This document shows positions 1 through 13,290 of a stretch of 64,000 bases of DNA, piece after piece (the stretch's first letter is position 1; each line of letters begins with the position of its first letter). The translations under genes and the position numbers were made by a program. Where the stretch lies: the NCBI RefSeq assembly GCF_009914755.1, contig NC_060932.1, one strand, 5' to 3'. The DNA comes from the human T2T-CHM13v2.0 reference genome, Homo sapiens. A model generated the notes under the pieces. It was not told the origin of the DNA. It was given only the letters and a program-made list of their open reading frames with translations, and did not search any database.

Positions 1-1020
1 AGCTCCTGAGCCCTGTAGTTCTGCACTCATTGACCTTCTTCTCTCTACTTTTCAGCATCTTCTTATGCTTGTCTTTGATATAATTTCCAGAGTTTTTAGT
101 TATACTCAGCAAAAGGAATAGAGTAAAGCACTTACTTTATTTGGAGAGATATCATATCATTGGTCTGCAGATTGTGCTTGCCTTATAGAGTTGTAATCTG
201 AGAAGAGGGTAATATCCAAGTCTTCTTTCAAGAGTCTGGTTTTATTTGCTGCCTCTGTTGTAACCAGTGTGAAATGGTTCTTTCTGGCTACATGTCCTTC
301 TCTCTATCATCATTCCCCTTTCCCCAGGCTAGATCTTGTGGGGCTGGGCTGGGCACCCAAGCAGTATGATCCTGAACACATTTCTCTGAGCTTCAAAGTG
401 AAGCTACTTTAGAGCTCAGTTTTTCCAAAATAGTCTACATGTGGTTGATGATACAGCATGTAATAAAGTTCCTGCCCATAGTTTGTGTTCAAAACAGTAT
501 TTTAAAAATTGAGATTATTAAAGTCCCTTTGAGTAAGTGCTCTTAAAGGGTGAGAAATTCTAAAGTTTAAGCTCTTTATTATAATTTACATATTGTATTC
601 CCCTTCCACTTAGATTTTGCATGTCCCAAATTTTTATAGAATCATTTGCTTTAACATGTGTAACACACACACACAAATGCTTACCTAGTATCGAGCTCAT
701 AGTGGGCATTTAGTATATGTTAGTTGCTTTTTCTTTTTTTAAATTTTTAGGTATTAGTCACTTGTTGAATTGAAATTTTTAGTATAGAGCCTGTGTTCGC
801 TGATGCTTAAAAACATAGACTCTTGTGTCAAGCCCAGATATCAATGTCAACTCTGATACTAATTGTGAGACCTTGGTCAGGTTAGCTAACTTCACTGTGC
901 ATTGATTTTCTCATATATGAAGTGTGAACAGTAATAGGAACTAGGGAGAAGTAGATGAGATAAAAAAAACTTCTTAAGACTCTGAAGAGTACCTTTTGAT
1001 ACACACATGCTTAGTTAATG

Positions 1021-1326
1021 TTTGTTTGTTTGTTTGTTTGTTTTTTGGAGGCAGAGTGTTGCTCTATCCCCCAGGCTGGAGTGCAGTGGCACGATCTCGG
1101 CTCACTGCAACCTCTGCCTCCCGGTTTAAGTGATTCTCCTGCCTCAGCCTCCAAAGTAGCTGGGATTACAGGCACCTGCTACCATGCACGCTAATTTTTG
1201 TATTTGTAGTAGAGACGGGGTTTTGCCATGTTGGCCAGGCTAGTCTTGAACTCCTGACCTCAGGTGATCTGCCCGCCTCGGCCTCCCAAAGTGTTGGGAT
1301 TACAGGCATGAACCACTGTGCCTGGC
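1021..1326 (-). mobile_element. Alu (AluS-type), tail decayed to (TTTG)n
   Basis: Reverse-complement Alu dimer; TSD GTTAATGTTTGTTT at 1014 and 1328. Confidence 0.93.
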
Positions 1327-1384
1327 TGTTAATGTTTGTTTTTATTATTTATTAACAATGACCTTAATTTAAGAAAGTTCTCTG

Positions 1385-1490
1385 GAGTCAAGAACTATGT
1401 CTTATTTAAGTTTGGTATCCTCGGAACTTAGCATAGTACCTGGCACCTAATAGACATTTAAATGTTTGAATGAACAAATGGATAACTGAA
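1385..1490 (+). mobile_element. L2 3' end fragment
   Basis: cttagcatagtacctggcac...tgtttgaatgaa, typical L2 terminus. Confidence 0.55.
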
Positions 1491-1621
1491 TCAACTTATC
1501 TAAAGAGGAAAATCTTAGAGGCAGCATAAAATCAATATTTATTTCTGTCTAATGAGATGTCTTAGCTTCATAAGAAATAACTTTGGGTAAGAGGTTTATT
1601 TGATATGTTTTTTTAATTTAG

Positions 1622-1773
1622 CCTCAGCCCATGCCATCACTGGGCCGCCTACGGAGTTGATTACTTCTGAAGTCACTGCCAGAAGCTTTATGGTTAACTG
1701 GACTCATGCCCCAGGAAATGTGGAAAAATACAGAGTTGTGTATTATCCTACCAGGGGTGGAAAACCAGACGAG
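1622..1773 (+). CDS. COL14A1: Collagen XIV alpha-1 exon: linker + first half of FN3-2 ([13 protein letters not shown]...GGKPDE)
   Basis: Acceptor ttttaatttag|, donor GAG|gtaata; 152 nt, phase 1-0; FN3 motif SFMVNW..YRVVY; N-glycosylation sequon NWT. Confidence 0.97.
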
Positions 1774-2910
1774 GTAATAAGGAGAGAGTATTTTCAAACC
1801 ATTCTTTTTATTCTCTCAAGTCTTCTACAATAGTGAGAACAAGGCAGAAATATAAATATAAGATTATTCCGTCACAGACATTTTAAAGAATTTGACTGAA
1901 ATACATTTCCACTTGTTCATATTGTTCTCCCCTATCTCTGAGTTATGGCAATTACATCTTTCATCTCTCCAAATAACACTCAGAACTGGTCAGGTATGAA
2001 TTTCTAACACAACGTATTTTTCTTCTTAAAATTAATAAGTTCTAAAGTAAAAGGTATCAGTAGCTAATTATCTGGCCAGGACCCCTTTTGCTATTTGTGC
2101 ATTTTTTCTACTTGGGAGTGGTCTGAGCTTTCTGCCTTAGTTAAGTCTGTGAATTCCAAAGTACGTGGTCATATATGGACTAGTCCTCCAAGGCTTGGAG
2201 TTTTCCGGACATTTGTAGGGATTAGTGCAATGGAAAAGCCATAATAAAGCCGCTATGGCCGGCATATTTTTATGGCTTGGCCAACACAGGCGAGAACACC
2301 TATTGCCAGATGATTAGATCCTTCCCATTTCCTACCTTTGATACCACAATTCACAAGCAATAAGTTAAAACACGATGAAATTCTTTTGTCTTTTTCTTTT
2401 TGTTGTTCTAGCCTCTGACTGACCTCAGCATATTTCACAATGTTCTGTGTTATGGTAGGATTTATGATATTTTTTAAGTGTTAGAAAAGTAGATTGTGGA
2501 GTCTTAAATCATTTGGACCAAAAAAAAAAAAAAAAGATCCGAGTGCTTCCAATGATTCTTTTATTTTTCATGACTAATAAATCTTTTAAATGTTTCCCAA
2601 AGCTCTATGGAAAAATATCATGTTTACTGTTATTAAGTGGATGTAAATAGGATAATAATTAGCCTGGTATTGACACAATTATTTCTATTAGATATGAATT
2701 AATAAGGGACTTCTAGACACATTCCATAAAAGGTGCATCACTTCACTTAGGAATTCAAAGAGAGTTGACTGCCACAGTGGAAAGGGGGATGTGGCACAAA
2801 CAAGAAAATATTCAATGAAATATTTTTGCTGGACGTATTTTCGCTTTTTGATTTCAATTCTGCGTGTAAGATATTCCATACTCTCATTACTCAAACTGTT
2901 CTTTAAACAG

Positions 2911-3040
2911 GTGGTGGTAGATGGAACTGTATCTTCCACAGTGTTGAAAAACTTGATGTCTTTAACTGAATATCAGATAGCAGTCTTTGCAATCTATGCC
3001 CACACTGCTAGTGAAGGCCTACGGGGAACTGAAACTACAC
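2911..3040 (+). CDS. COL14A1: COL14A1 exon: second half of FN3-2 (VVVDG...GTETT)
   Basis: ctttaaacag| and C|gtatgt; 130 nt, phase 0-1; [13 protein letters not shown]3 signature. Confidence 0.97.
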
Positions 3041-3852
3041 GTATGTATTTAATTCTACCCCACTTCTAACTTTGTAGAGTGCTGCTTAGGAGGCCTTTCT
3101 TAAATTGAAATTCTGCTCAGGTCATGTTGATAGACATCCTGAATCGAATTCAATCAAATTCATAGAAGACATTTGTCGTGCTATATGTGATACTGGTCCA
3201 TGCTTGATATAGTCTTGCCGGTGCTATGTCTTGAAAAAGTTGTTATAAATCTCTGATAGGTTTAAGAGCAATCTTGGTGGTGAAGAGTACAAAAAACATT
3301 CATTCATTTATTAAATAAGTGTTTAGTAAATGCCTATTATGAACTAAGAATTGTCCTTGAATTTGTCAGTAGAAGTAGAGAAAAAACTCCATAGCTCTCC
3401 CGCCCAATTGAATGCCAAGGAAATTATGTTACTGCTATCTTTATTGTTCATATCATTGTAGGTAAAACAAGCTTCTGAATACTAATAATTCCCTCCCTGG
3501 GTAGGATCGTAATAACACACCATGACAACATACACACATAATACACACACGCACACAGAATCATGAGAAGAGATAATCTTTAAAAAAAGATCGAACATCT
3601 TATAGTCATTTCTAATATTAACAGAGTTCCTATTACATGCAAGTCACTATGCAAAATTGCTCTAAAAAATCTGCCTCTGATAGAACAATAACAGTGTAAA
3701 CAACACTAATCACAATGCGCCAGGCACTGTGATCATCACTCTCTGAACTTTCTTGGATTTATCCCTGGCAACAATCTGTCGGATGAGTGTTAATGCCCTC
3801 ACTTTGCAGAAATATTTTAGTGACAATCCTTATTCTCAAGGATGTTTTAGTG

Positions 3853-4064
3853 AGCCTGGGCAACATGGCAAAACCCGATCTCTACAAAAAATACAAAAAT
3901 TAGCTGAGCATGGTGGCACGCAGCTGTGGTCCCAGCTTGTGAGGCTGAGGTGGGAGGATTGCTTGAGCCCGGGAGGTAGAGGTTGCAGCTAAGATTGCAC
4001 CACTGCCCTCCAGCCTGGATGACAGAGGAAGAACAGGTCTCAAAAAAATAATAAATAAAAGAAA
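3853..4064 (+). mobile_element. 5'-truncated AluJ-type element
   Basis: Begins at agcctgggcaacatggc; A-rich tail; perfect 15-bp TSD AAGGATGTTTTAGTG at 3838 and 4065. Confidence 0.9.
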
Positions 4065-4434
4065 AAGGATGTTTTAGTGTAGTAGGGGGTGGGGACGCAA
4101 TCCAAGGACATGCAAACAGATTAGTGCAATGAAGGGCTGTAAGCACTCTCATAGATCCCTGTACAAGGAGCTGGAAATGTCAGCAAAGTCCTGAACTTGA
4201 CACTGTGGTTAGAAGAGTAGGGCAGGGTCACATTAGGGAGGGTCTAGAACCATATTTGAAAACAGCAGTGTTTCCTGTTTTTCATCAGCATTGTTTAACC
4301 CAGGAACTTGCAATTTATTCTTAATCCCTTTCTCCCTTCCCCTCAAATATGGTCAATCTTATTTCTTGATAATTTCATTTTTCTCAAGGACACATATATA
4401 AGTGGCTCAACATTTAAAAAAAAATCTCTTGCAG

Positions 4435-4580
4435 TTGCTTTACCGATGGCTTCTGACCTTCTACTGTACGACGTGACTGAGAACAGCATGCGAGTCAAAT
4501 GGGATGCAGTGCCTGGGGCCTCAGGTTACCTGATCCTTTATGCTCCTCTAACAGAGGGCCTGGCTGGGGATGAAAAAGAG
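4435..4580 (+). CDS. COL14A1: COL14A1 exon: first half of FN3-3 (LALPMASDL...GDEKE)
   Basis: tctcttgcag| and GAG|gtaacc; 146 nt, phase 1-0; SMRVKW. Confidence 0.96.
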
Positions 4581-5599
4581 GTAACCACTTCCTACCTATT
4601 ACAGTCCTAGAATCTTTTATTTCCTTAAATAAAATAAAATTTTTATTGTAAAAATTTAATGTAGAAAATTTAGAAATTTCAGATTAGCCAAAAGAAAAAA
4701 AAACACTTATAATCCCACCACTGAGAGATAGCCATTGTTAACATTTAATTAACAGTCTTTGTCGATGCATTTTGAAAGCAACACATGGAAATGGTTTCGT
4801 AGCCTGCTGTTTTCATTTTATTTGTTGTGAAGCTCTTTCCATGTCATTAAAGAACATTTTACAAAGTCATTGTATACACCCATAGTATTCTACTGTTGGT
4901 TTGAACAGATCATGTTTAATCAATCTATGTTATTGGATATTTAGATAGCTTGCTATATAAATAATGCTTTTGTGAATATTCCTAACATATGTTTTTGCAT
5001 AATTGTTTGATTATTTCCCTAGGATAAATTCCTAGAAATAGAGTTTATTTTTCAAAGGGTAGGCAAATTATTAAGGTTTATACTCAGTATTGCCAAATGG
5101 CTCTAGAGAAATGTTATATGTTTTGCTTTATGTGGTGCATAAGTGACTGTTTTCTCCATATACACTGAATTAAGTTTTTTCTTACTAATTTGAGAGGTAG
5201 ATAAACATACCTCATTGGTGCAAAATTTTGAATTTATTCCATTTTAAATGATGAACCTTTGACCTTCAGATGACTTTCAAACATTTTAGTCCTCATTTTT
5301 AATTTGTAGTGGACAATAGCTATAATGCAGACATTTAAGGAATGAAGAGGATGAATCTCTGGCACTTGGAAGTGTAATGACCAGGCAGGTGGAGTTAATA
5401 AGCAAAGCAATTCAGAGAACTTGATTGTCTAAAATTGTGTAAAGCCTGTCCCTGATGATTGAAATCTTTAGGGTCAAAAAAATGGTGAATCTGAGTGTCA
5501 AGAACAGAGTATTGGTGACATGTGTCTTTTTATTTCCAAGGCTTAGATGGCTTTTGTCTATTTGAATTTAAAGTTGATCTAAATTATTTTGACAAAAGA

Positions 5600-6400
5600 G
5601 AGACTTACAAATAGTGCTGAGAAGATGCTCAGCCTCACTATGAAAGAGAAAAAAAAAAGGAATAGTAGTTTAAAACCAATAGATTAGCAAAAAAATTTTA
5701 AAGTCTGATAATACTGTGTATTCATAAGCACACAGGAAAAGAATCGCTCCTGTAACTGCTGGCGGGCATATAGATTGGTACAGCTCCTTTGGAGGATATT
5801 TTGAAATATTTCATCCTGTTGAAGATATATACTACTTTTTGGAAATGTATCATAGGGAAACATCTTGCAAGCATTTTTCAATGCAGGCACTTGGTTGGAA
5901 TAAAACATTGCAGACAACTAACAGGCCTGTTAATAGAGGAATGGAAAATAGTGGTATATTTATAGAAAAGAATATCATAAAGGAATTAATGATGTCAACT
6001 CTGTCCTTATGTATCAACATGGATAAATCTCAAAATGTAATATTAACACAGAAAAAATAACAAGCTGCAAAAAGATTGTGTTGATATGATCCCATTATGT
6101 GCATTGTGAAACATACAGGATCATATATTGTTTATAGATATATCTATACACATACAGAAGTACAAAAATGCAGCAGTAAGATATACATCAACCTTAGGGT
6201 GGAGGTAGTGGACAGAAAGAATGAGAAAGACCTGTTGTTTTATCTGAATATATTAGTTTTTTAAAAAATAAAATCTGAAGTTGATATGACAAAAATTTGA
6301 TATTTATCCAATTTGAGTAATGGGTACATCAGTGTGTATTATATTATTTTCTGTAAGTTTATGTTGTATATATTGAGATAGTTCAAAATTCAAAATTTTA
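5600..6400 (+). mobile_element. Old L1M 3' fragment (approximate bounds)
   Basis: Degenerate L1 3' motifs (aagatgctcagcctcact; caacatggataaatctcaaaa). Confidence 0.5.
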
Positions 6401-7126
6401 ATTTGATGATTAATCCTGGCAGTCATGTGCCTGTAGACTGGAGATTTATTTTTTCCTTCCAAAACATAAAACTATCCCGTCACTCTACTGTCACACAACT
6501 GAGAATGTTGGATAGTTTGAATCCAAGGGTCAGAAAAGGTGTTCAAGAATCAAAAAAGCAAATTGCCAAGTTGGGTGTCAAGGTGAGTTGATCTCTTCTG
6601 AATACTGGAAGTAACTTGCAATTCAACTGCGTGGATTCTCTTGTTGAATGGGGACACAAAACTGGCCCAGCTTCATTGAGTTTGAAGCAAAAACTGGGCA
6701 TCTGGCCAGAGCACTGGTTAGTATTAGCCAAATACTGAAAGATGCCCACTTGGCCTTGCCTCCAGCACACTGGCCTGGAGCTCACAGTCTCTAGAGAACA
6801 TTTCTGATTCAATCCCACCCACCTTCTCCTGGGGAGCATATACTCAACATTGTTATTCTGGCTGGAGTTGCCATTTGTCCAGATGTAAAGAGTTATCCTA
6901 ACACAGTTCACATGGTACTTTTCGACTTATATGGTTCCATAATATCTGTTCCTAGTATAAAATGACACAAGACAATTTAAAAATTATGACTGAAGCCTGT
7001 TTGATGAAGGGGTTGTAACAGGACGTAAAGTCTTATCCCATGAAGTCTCACCTTTGTTCTGTTCCACTCTGATCAGCATGAATAATATGTATTGGCAAAT
7101 GATCTAACAACATGTGTTCTTTTCAG

Positions 7127-7256
7127 ATGAAAATTGGAGAGACCCACACAGATATTGAATTGAGTGGGTTGTTGCCCAATACAGAATACACAGTCACAGT
7201 TTATGCCATGTTTGGAGAAGAGGCCAGTGATCCTGTTACGGGACAAGAAACAACAT
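7127..7256 (+). CDS. COL14A1: COL14A1 exon: second half of FN3-3 ([21 protein letters not shown]...GQETT)
   Basis: ttcttttcag| and T|gtgagc; 130 nt, phase 0-1; this frame is not in the ORF track, translated by hand. Confidence 0.96.
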
Positions 7257-9768
7257 GTGAGCAGCACAGCCATTCAGTTGGGATGCTGTAGTAAAAGCCC
7301 ACATGAATGTGGGGATTCTGAATTGGAACTACTAGTTTTGTTGAAACCTCTTAAAAGCTAATTATAATTTTAAAAATCTCATGTTCTATTTAGGGCAAGG
7401 AAATGTATTTCTTATATATTATATTATTATGAGTGATAAGGTTGCCAGAACCAAGCTTCAGCATCCTCCAGATAATTCCACCTATGTCTTTCTTTGTCTA
7501 AATTCAAATGCAGGTCAGAATCTAGAGGGAAGAGTGTAGGCTTTGCAAGATAGCAGCTGAGATGGGAATCTCAGCTCAACTCATATTTTAGCCAGGTGAC
7601 AATGGGTGATTGATACAACTTTTTTGATTGTATAAAAGGAAGAACAATAATCTTGCAGCATGTGGTTGGTATAAGATTAAATACAGTAGTATATGTGAAA
7701 ACACTCAGCACATAGTTACTGAATATCTGTTTATTTTCCACTCATATCAAAATTAACAAACATTTTTTCCTAAACATCTTTGCTGTCTTTAACTGAGCCT
7801 ATTACTATTGTAATTCATTTTCAATTGAGTAAAAATTTTGTTGGTAAGGCTAATTTTGGATAAATGTAGGGAATTCCTAGAACTTTTTGGGAAATGTATG
7901 CATTTATTTTTAAAAATATGGTATAAACAATATTACTGTGGCATACTGATAATACTTACCACATACTATTAAAATATGGCTCTATTCGTGATCTTTTGAA
8001 ACATAAGAAAGTGCAGGGAGACTTGGGGTCTTGCTCACCACTCTTCTCCTAGACTCGGGAGATGAATAGCACAATTTCTACAATGCCTTTCTCATTAAGA
8101 TTCCATTTGGGAAAACAAAATAGAAGTTTAATGATAAAGAAGTTTGCACACATCCACTCTTTGTTAGTCAAGACTATGTTATTCTTGCTCTTCGGAGAAA
8201 GACCAATGTAATTAAAACAACAAAGAAACAAACAAAAGCTCTGGGAGAGCCCAAGAAAGAAAAAGAAAAGAAATAAATCATGCTAGAAAGCATCCACCAC
8301 ATAAGTGAATTCTGGGACTCTAACCATTTGAAAGAAAAGCTTTCCCCAACAGCCCATCTCTGTTTCACTCAAAGTGTTCACTTCTTTATACTTCTTAAAA
8401 ATATGTACAACTCCTTCCCATGATTAGCAAAAAGGTCCTAAAAAATGATATCCTAGATACTTGTTCCTGAGGCTGGCATTTTTATGTGCTAAGTAAATTA
8501 GACACTATTCTATTATATTGCCAAATGTAATAGAATTCCAGAAAAATTTAGAGCCAAATGTGCACACTACTTAATTATATTGCTTTTTTTTTCTTTTCTA
8601 CACTTTCTCTCTAGCACCTTAATTATTAAGAGATTCACTAACTCCTACAAGATCTTTATTGTCAAAGAATCAGTATGTATTGAATTAATGAAAGAACTGG
8701 GCTTTGAGGTTAGGAAACATCATGCTTCGTGGCTATGGCTGGTAATTGTCATGATTTGTCTTCAAGTTTTTTGCTTTGCTGGCTCTATCAGCACTGACTT
8801 TGTGGGATGAGAGAGTGTGAGTAAGAGAGAGAAACAGTGAGAGAGGAGAAATTAGCATCCTGGTTAATATCATGGGCTCTGGAATCAGTTAATCAATTTT
8901 CTAGGTTAAATTCTAATTGTTCTTCTGTTCCTAGTAACTGGGACGTTGGCCAAGTTACTTCAATTTTGTGATCAATATAGTGGGGATAATTGCAGCTCTA
9001 TCCTTGCATTCTAATGTAAGAATTTAATAAGTTAACATATGCTATGTGTCAGACTCATGGACAACACTCAGTAAATGTTAACAATTATTTTTACAATAAG
9101 CCTGTAAAGAGCTCATGAAGCTGTCAAAAATTATGGACAATTTTTAATTTGTTGAATTAGATAGGGGTCCTTGAAGAGGTTCAAAAAGCTATGGAATTGA
9201 CAGTTAGGAATCTGCAGAAATGCCAATACCTCTTTAAATAATTTTAAAGCAATAGTAAGATGTTTATTTTTATTTGTCTCACAAAGCCACTGTGATTTAT
9301 TCAGGTCAAATAATTACCCATTGATTCAATGAATGTTTATTGAGTACTTGCTATATTGGGGATAGATCTGGGAACAAAATGAAACCAAATTATCTAACCC
9401 CCTGAGATTACAATATCCTGGGGGAGAGAGACAATAAGCCAGAAATATACGGTGAAAAAAAAATAGAACAGAAGAAGGAGACAGGTAGTATGGAGTGGAA
9501 GAGCTGTTGTACGTAAGATGATCATAGAAAGCTTCACCAAGCAGGTGGCATATGGTCAGAAACCTGAAAGAGGCAAAGAAACTGGCTATGCGTATATCTA
9601 GGGGAAGAGCCTTGAAGGCAAAGAGAAGGCAAGTGCAGTGGCCTATGAATGAGCATGCGTGGCAGGTTCCAGTCACAGCTAGTGGCATGGAAAAGGCACG
9701 GAGTAGTAGCAGATGGAACCAGTGAAATAGCAGCAGGCCACTGATGTAGGGCCATAAAGACCATTCTA

Positions 9769-10050
9769 GGCTTGCTGCGGTGGCTCACGCCTGTAGTGCC
9801 AGCACTTTGGGAGGCCAAGGCAGGCAGATCACCTGAGGTCAGGAGTTCAAGACCAGCCTGGCCAACATGGTGAAACCCCCGTCTCTACCAAAAATATAAA
9901 AACTAGCAAGGTGTGGTGACACACGCCTGTAATCCCAGCTACTCAGGAGGCTGAGGCATGAGAATCACTTAAATCTGGGAGGTGGAGTTTGCAGTAAGCT
10001 GAGATCCTTCCACTGCACCCCACCCTGGATGACAGAGTGAGACTCTGTCA
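9769..10050 (+). mobile_element. Alu (AluS-type)
   Basis: Full dimer; degenerate TSD aaagaccattcta / aaagatcatgcta. Confidence 0.92.
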
Positions 10051-10138
10051 GAAAGAAAGAAAGAAAAGAAAGGAAGGAAGGAAGGAAGGAAGGTAGGAAG
10101 GAAGGAAGGGAGGGGAAAAAAGAAAAGAAAAGAAAAGA
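10051..10138 (+). repeat. (GAAA)n/(GGAA)n polypurine tract derived from the Alu tail
   Basis: About 88 bp of purines with a single T; (GGAA)5 GGTA (GGAA)3. Confidence 0.9.
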
Positions 10139-11031
10139 TCATGCTAAGAACTGTGGGTTTACGCTGAGGGAGTTGGGAACCATTTGGAAGGTTTTGTGCA
10201 GAGAAGTGAAATTACCTGGCTGACATTTTAAAAGAAGCACTCTGGCTGCTTGCTGAGGAATAATTATATTAATAGTAGGGGGAAGATGGAAGTTGGGAGA
10301 TTGGCTGGGAGACCATGGCAAAAATCCAAGCCAAGAGGGGATAGTGGCTTCTACCAAGATGGTGGCAGTGGAGGTGAAGAGAAGGGGTCAGATCTGGATA
10401 ATGGATTAGAAGTGGGTTGCGAGAGAAAGAGCAATCCAGGAGGCTCCAAGGTTTTTGACTGATCAGTGGGAAGGACAGAGTTTCCATTTGCTCAGAGGGG
10501 AAGACTGAGGGAAGAGGCAAGAGGGGAAGGCATCAAGAGTCAGTGATTCTGTTTGGACTGGTTAAGTTGGAGTTGCCTAATAGATACCAACGTGGAAATG
10601 GCAGATGGGCATCTCATTTTACATGTGGAAAATTGTGGAGCTTAGAGGTAGAGTGGCTTTGCCAGAGTCACATGGTAATTGAGTGGACTAGCTAAAATTT
10701 TATTTCAAGTTACTTTGTTTTTAATCCATTAAGTTTCCTACTTACATCAAGCTAGAGTGATAGGCCGAGAAAATTTACCTAAATCCTATTTATTTCTAAC
10801 CATGTGTAACTTATTACTGCTATTTATTCTCTACAAAGAAAACTTTTTTCTTTGCTAATTAGAGAACATTATTGATTTTTATGAGACAATACACTGGTTA
10901 TTTCAGTGTTATAAGTTATTATCTAGGTGACACTTTTCATATGTAAATAGTTTAGAAGTCAAAGATGCAATTTCTTTTTACATGTATGTAATTTGACATT
11001 TTAATTATTTTCTATTCCATTTACTGCCAAG

Positions 11032-11171
11032 TGGCTTTAAGTCCACCAAGAAACCTGAGAATCTCCAATGTTGGCTCTAACAGTGCTCGATTAACCTGGG
11101 ACCCAACTTCAAGACAGATCCATGGTTATCGAATTGTATATAACAATGCAGATGGGACTGAAATCAATGAG
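11032..11171 (+). CDS. COL14A1: COL14A1 exon: first half of FN3-4 ([12 protein letters not shown]...GTEINE)
   Basis: AAG acceptor (ttactgccaag|), donor GAG|gtaagt; 140 nt, phase 1-0; PPRNL..SARLTW. Confidence 0.95.
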
Positions 11172-11204
11172 GTAAGTTCCGGGACATAATGTATATTTTT
11201 TAGG

Positions 11205-11803
11205 TAGTGGCGTGCTAGTTATTTATGGCTACATAACCAATCATCTCAAAGCCTAGTGGCTTAAAATAATAGTAATTATTTATTGTCTCGCATAGTTCCT
11301 GTATGTAGGTCAGGAATTGGGGTGTGGATTGCAGTTATCACTGGAGGAGGGGTGCTCCCCAGTGAGGTTAGGGCCAGATAGTGGCTGGAGCTGGAGCTAT
11401 CTCATGGCATCTTTACTCATGTATCTGGTGCCTGGTCTGGGGAGCCTGGAACAGCTGGGAGCTGGAGCAGGTCTCCATATCTCTAATTAGACCCTTCACA
11501 TGATGCCTTCAGCATGCAGCTTCAGGGGAGTTGGCTCAGGAGTCCCATGACCCATGTCCAAACAGAGAGAGAGCTAAGTAGAAGCTGTACCACCATTAAT
11601 GACCCAGCCTCTGAAGTCACTTGATATCACCTCTATCACACTCCATTAGTATGAGATGTCACCAGCTTCACCCAGATTTATAGGTGGGGAGAAACACAGA
11701 TCCTACCTATGGTGGGAGACAGGTCAGTCACAGGATAGGAGGAGCATATAGAGAAGAAGATATTCATTGATGTGGCCATCTCTGGAAAATGCAGCCTGCC
11801 ACA
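11205..11803 (-). mobile_element. MaLR solo LTR (MLT1-type)
   Basis: tagtggcttaaaataat...tttattgtctc at left and cagcctgccaca at right, reverse MLT1 pattern. Confidence 0.6.
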
Positions 11804-12627
11804 GGGGATGGGGGTGGGGAAGGTGTATGTTCATGGAAGCATTGTATTAAAAATAATGTCACTGTTGTCTAGTTTATCCTGCTTTTGAGTAAACTGGCAT
11901 CTGAAAGGCTCTAGTTAGATGAGCCTAAATTTAACAAATAATTCAAGTTTTATCTAAGAAGTACTTTCAGATAATGGAACTTGTTAAAACCCATGAAGAT
12001 ACAGTATCTTGCATGCAGTGACTAATACTTTCAAAAAAGTGTTTCCTTGGAAATGTGTTTTAGCAAAACAGCGAGGTTATTTTTATTTTATTTTCCCTTA
12101 TCTTGGTCCAGTAAGCTAAGGCAAAGAAGGAAATATGTTAGATTGCATCATTTCTATTTTCTGACCAAATAAAGCAAGTGTTTTTATATGCAGAGACAAA
12201 CATTTTTCTAAAATTAAATCCAAGCAATATTTTACAAAATGCATCCTCATGAGGGACATTGTGTAATGGACGGGCAGTAAGTACACATTTGCTAACATAT
12301 AGAAATACTGTTCAATATCCTTCATTAAACCTTTGTAAATCTTGAGAGTAAATAATCCTGAAGAGTCTGGTCATTTGGATGAGTTGCTTTGTTATTGAAG
12401 ATAGCAGCCTGGAGCAGTAAAAAGATTGAAATAAAAAAACACTGAGCTATAGGTGTCTCTTTGTCACCAGAAATACATAAACTACTTTCCCAAGGGTTAA
12501 TTCAACTGTGTAGGAGGATGAGGAAGATAATATAAATGAGTGAAGCATGCCATTAAATCTGTAGAAGCAGACACACCTGCAAAGAAATACTCTATGTTTT
12601 GCTTGACACATGAGGCTAACTTAGGCT

Positions 12628-13005
12628 ATATTATATAATATATATAATTTAAATATATAATATATATTTACAAATATATATTATATATTTAAATTATATA
12701 TTATAAATATAAATAAATATATATTATATATCTATTTTTATGTATCTATATATAAATATATAATATATAAATATAAATACATAAATATATAAGTATATAT
12801 CTATATAAAAATATATAATATATAAATATAAATAAATATATAAATATAAATATATATAAATATATAAGTATATATCTATATATAAATATATAATATATAA
12901 ATATAAATAAATATATAAATATAAATATATAAGTATATGTCTATATATATATAATATATAAATAGATATATAATATATATAATATATATCATATATATAT
13001 ACATA
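12628..13005. repeat. AT-rich (TA)n-like complex repeat
   Basis: About 375 bp almost entirely A/T with recurring tatatctatatataaatatataatatataaat units. Confidence 0.95.
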
Positions 13006-13290
13006 TTTGAGATGGAGTCTCACTTTGTTGCCCAGGCTGGAGTGCAGTGGCATGATCTCAGCTCACTGCAAACTTTACCTCCCGAATTCAAGTGATTCTC
13101 TTGGCTCAGCCTCCTGAGTAGCTGGGACTACAGGCGTGCGCCACTGTGCCCAGCTAATTTTTGCATTTTTAGTAGAGACAGGGTTTCACCATGTTGTGCA
13201 GGCTAGTCTCAAACTCCTGACCTCAGGCAATCCGCCCGCCTAGGCCTCCCAAAGTGCTGGGATTACAGGCGTGAACCACTGCTCCCAGCC
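13006..13290 (-). mobile_element. Alu (AluS-type)
   Basis: Reverse Alu dimer; TSD TAACTTAGGCTATATT at 12617 and 13291. Confidence 0.93.

Larger units (their letters stand above)
9325..10610 (-). mobile_element. L2 element interrupted by an Alu
   Basis: attcaatgaatgtttattgagtact (reverse L2 3' end) followed by purine-rich L2 body. Confidence 0.65.

Noticed and set aside
10072-10107. GGAA microsatellite as an ETS-fusion enhancer
   Set aside because: Only five consecutive units, interrupted; ordinary Alu-tail derivative
12724-13053. 109-aa Ile/Tyr-rich ORF on the minus strand
   Set aside because: Translation of an Alu end plus the AT repeat; low-complexity artefact
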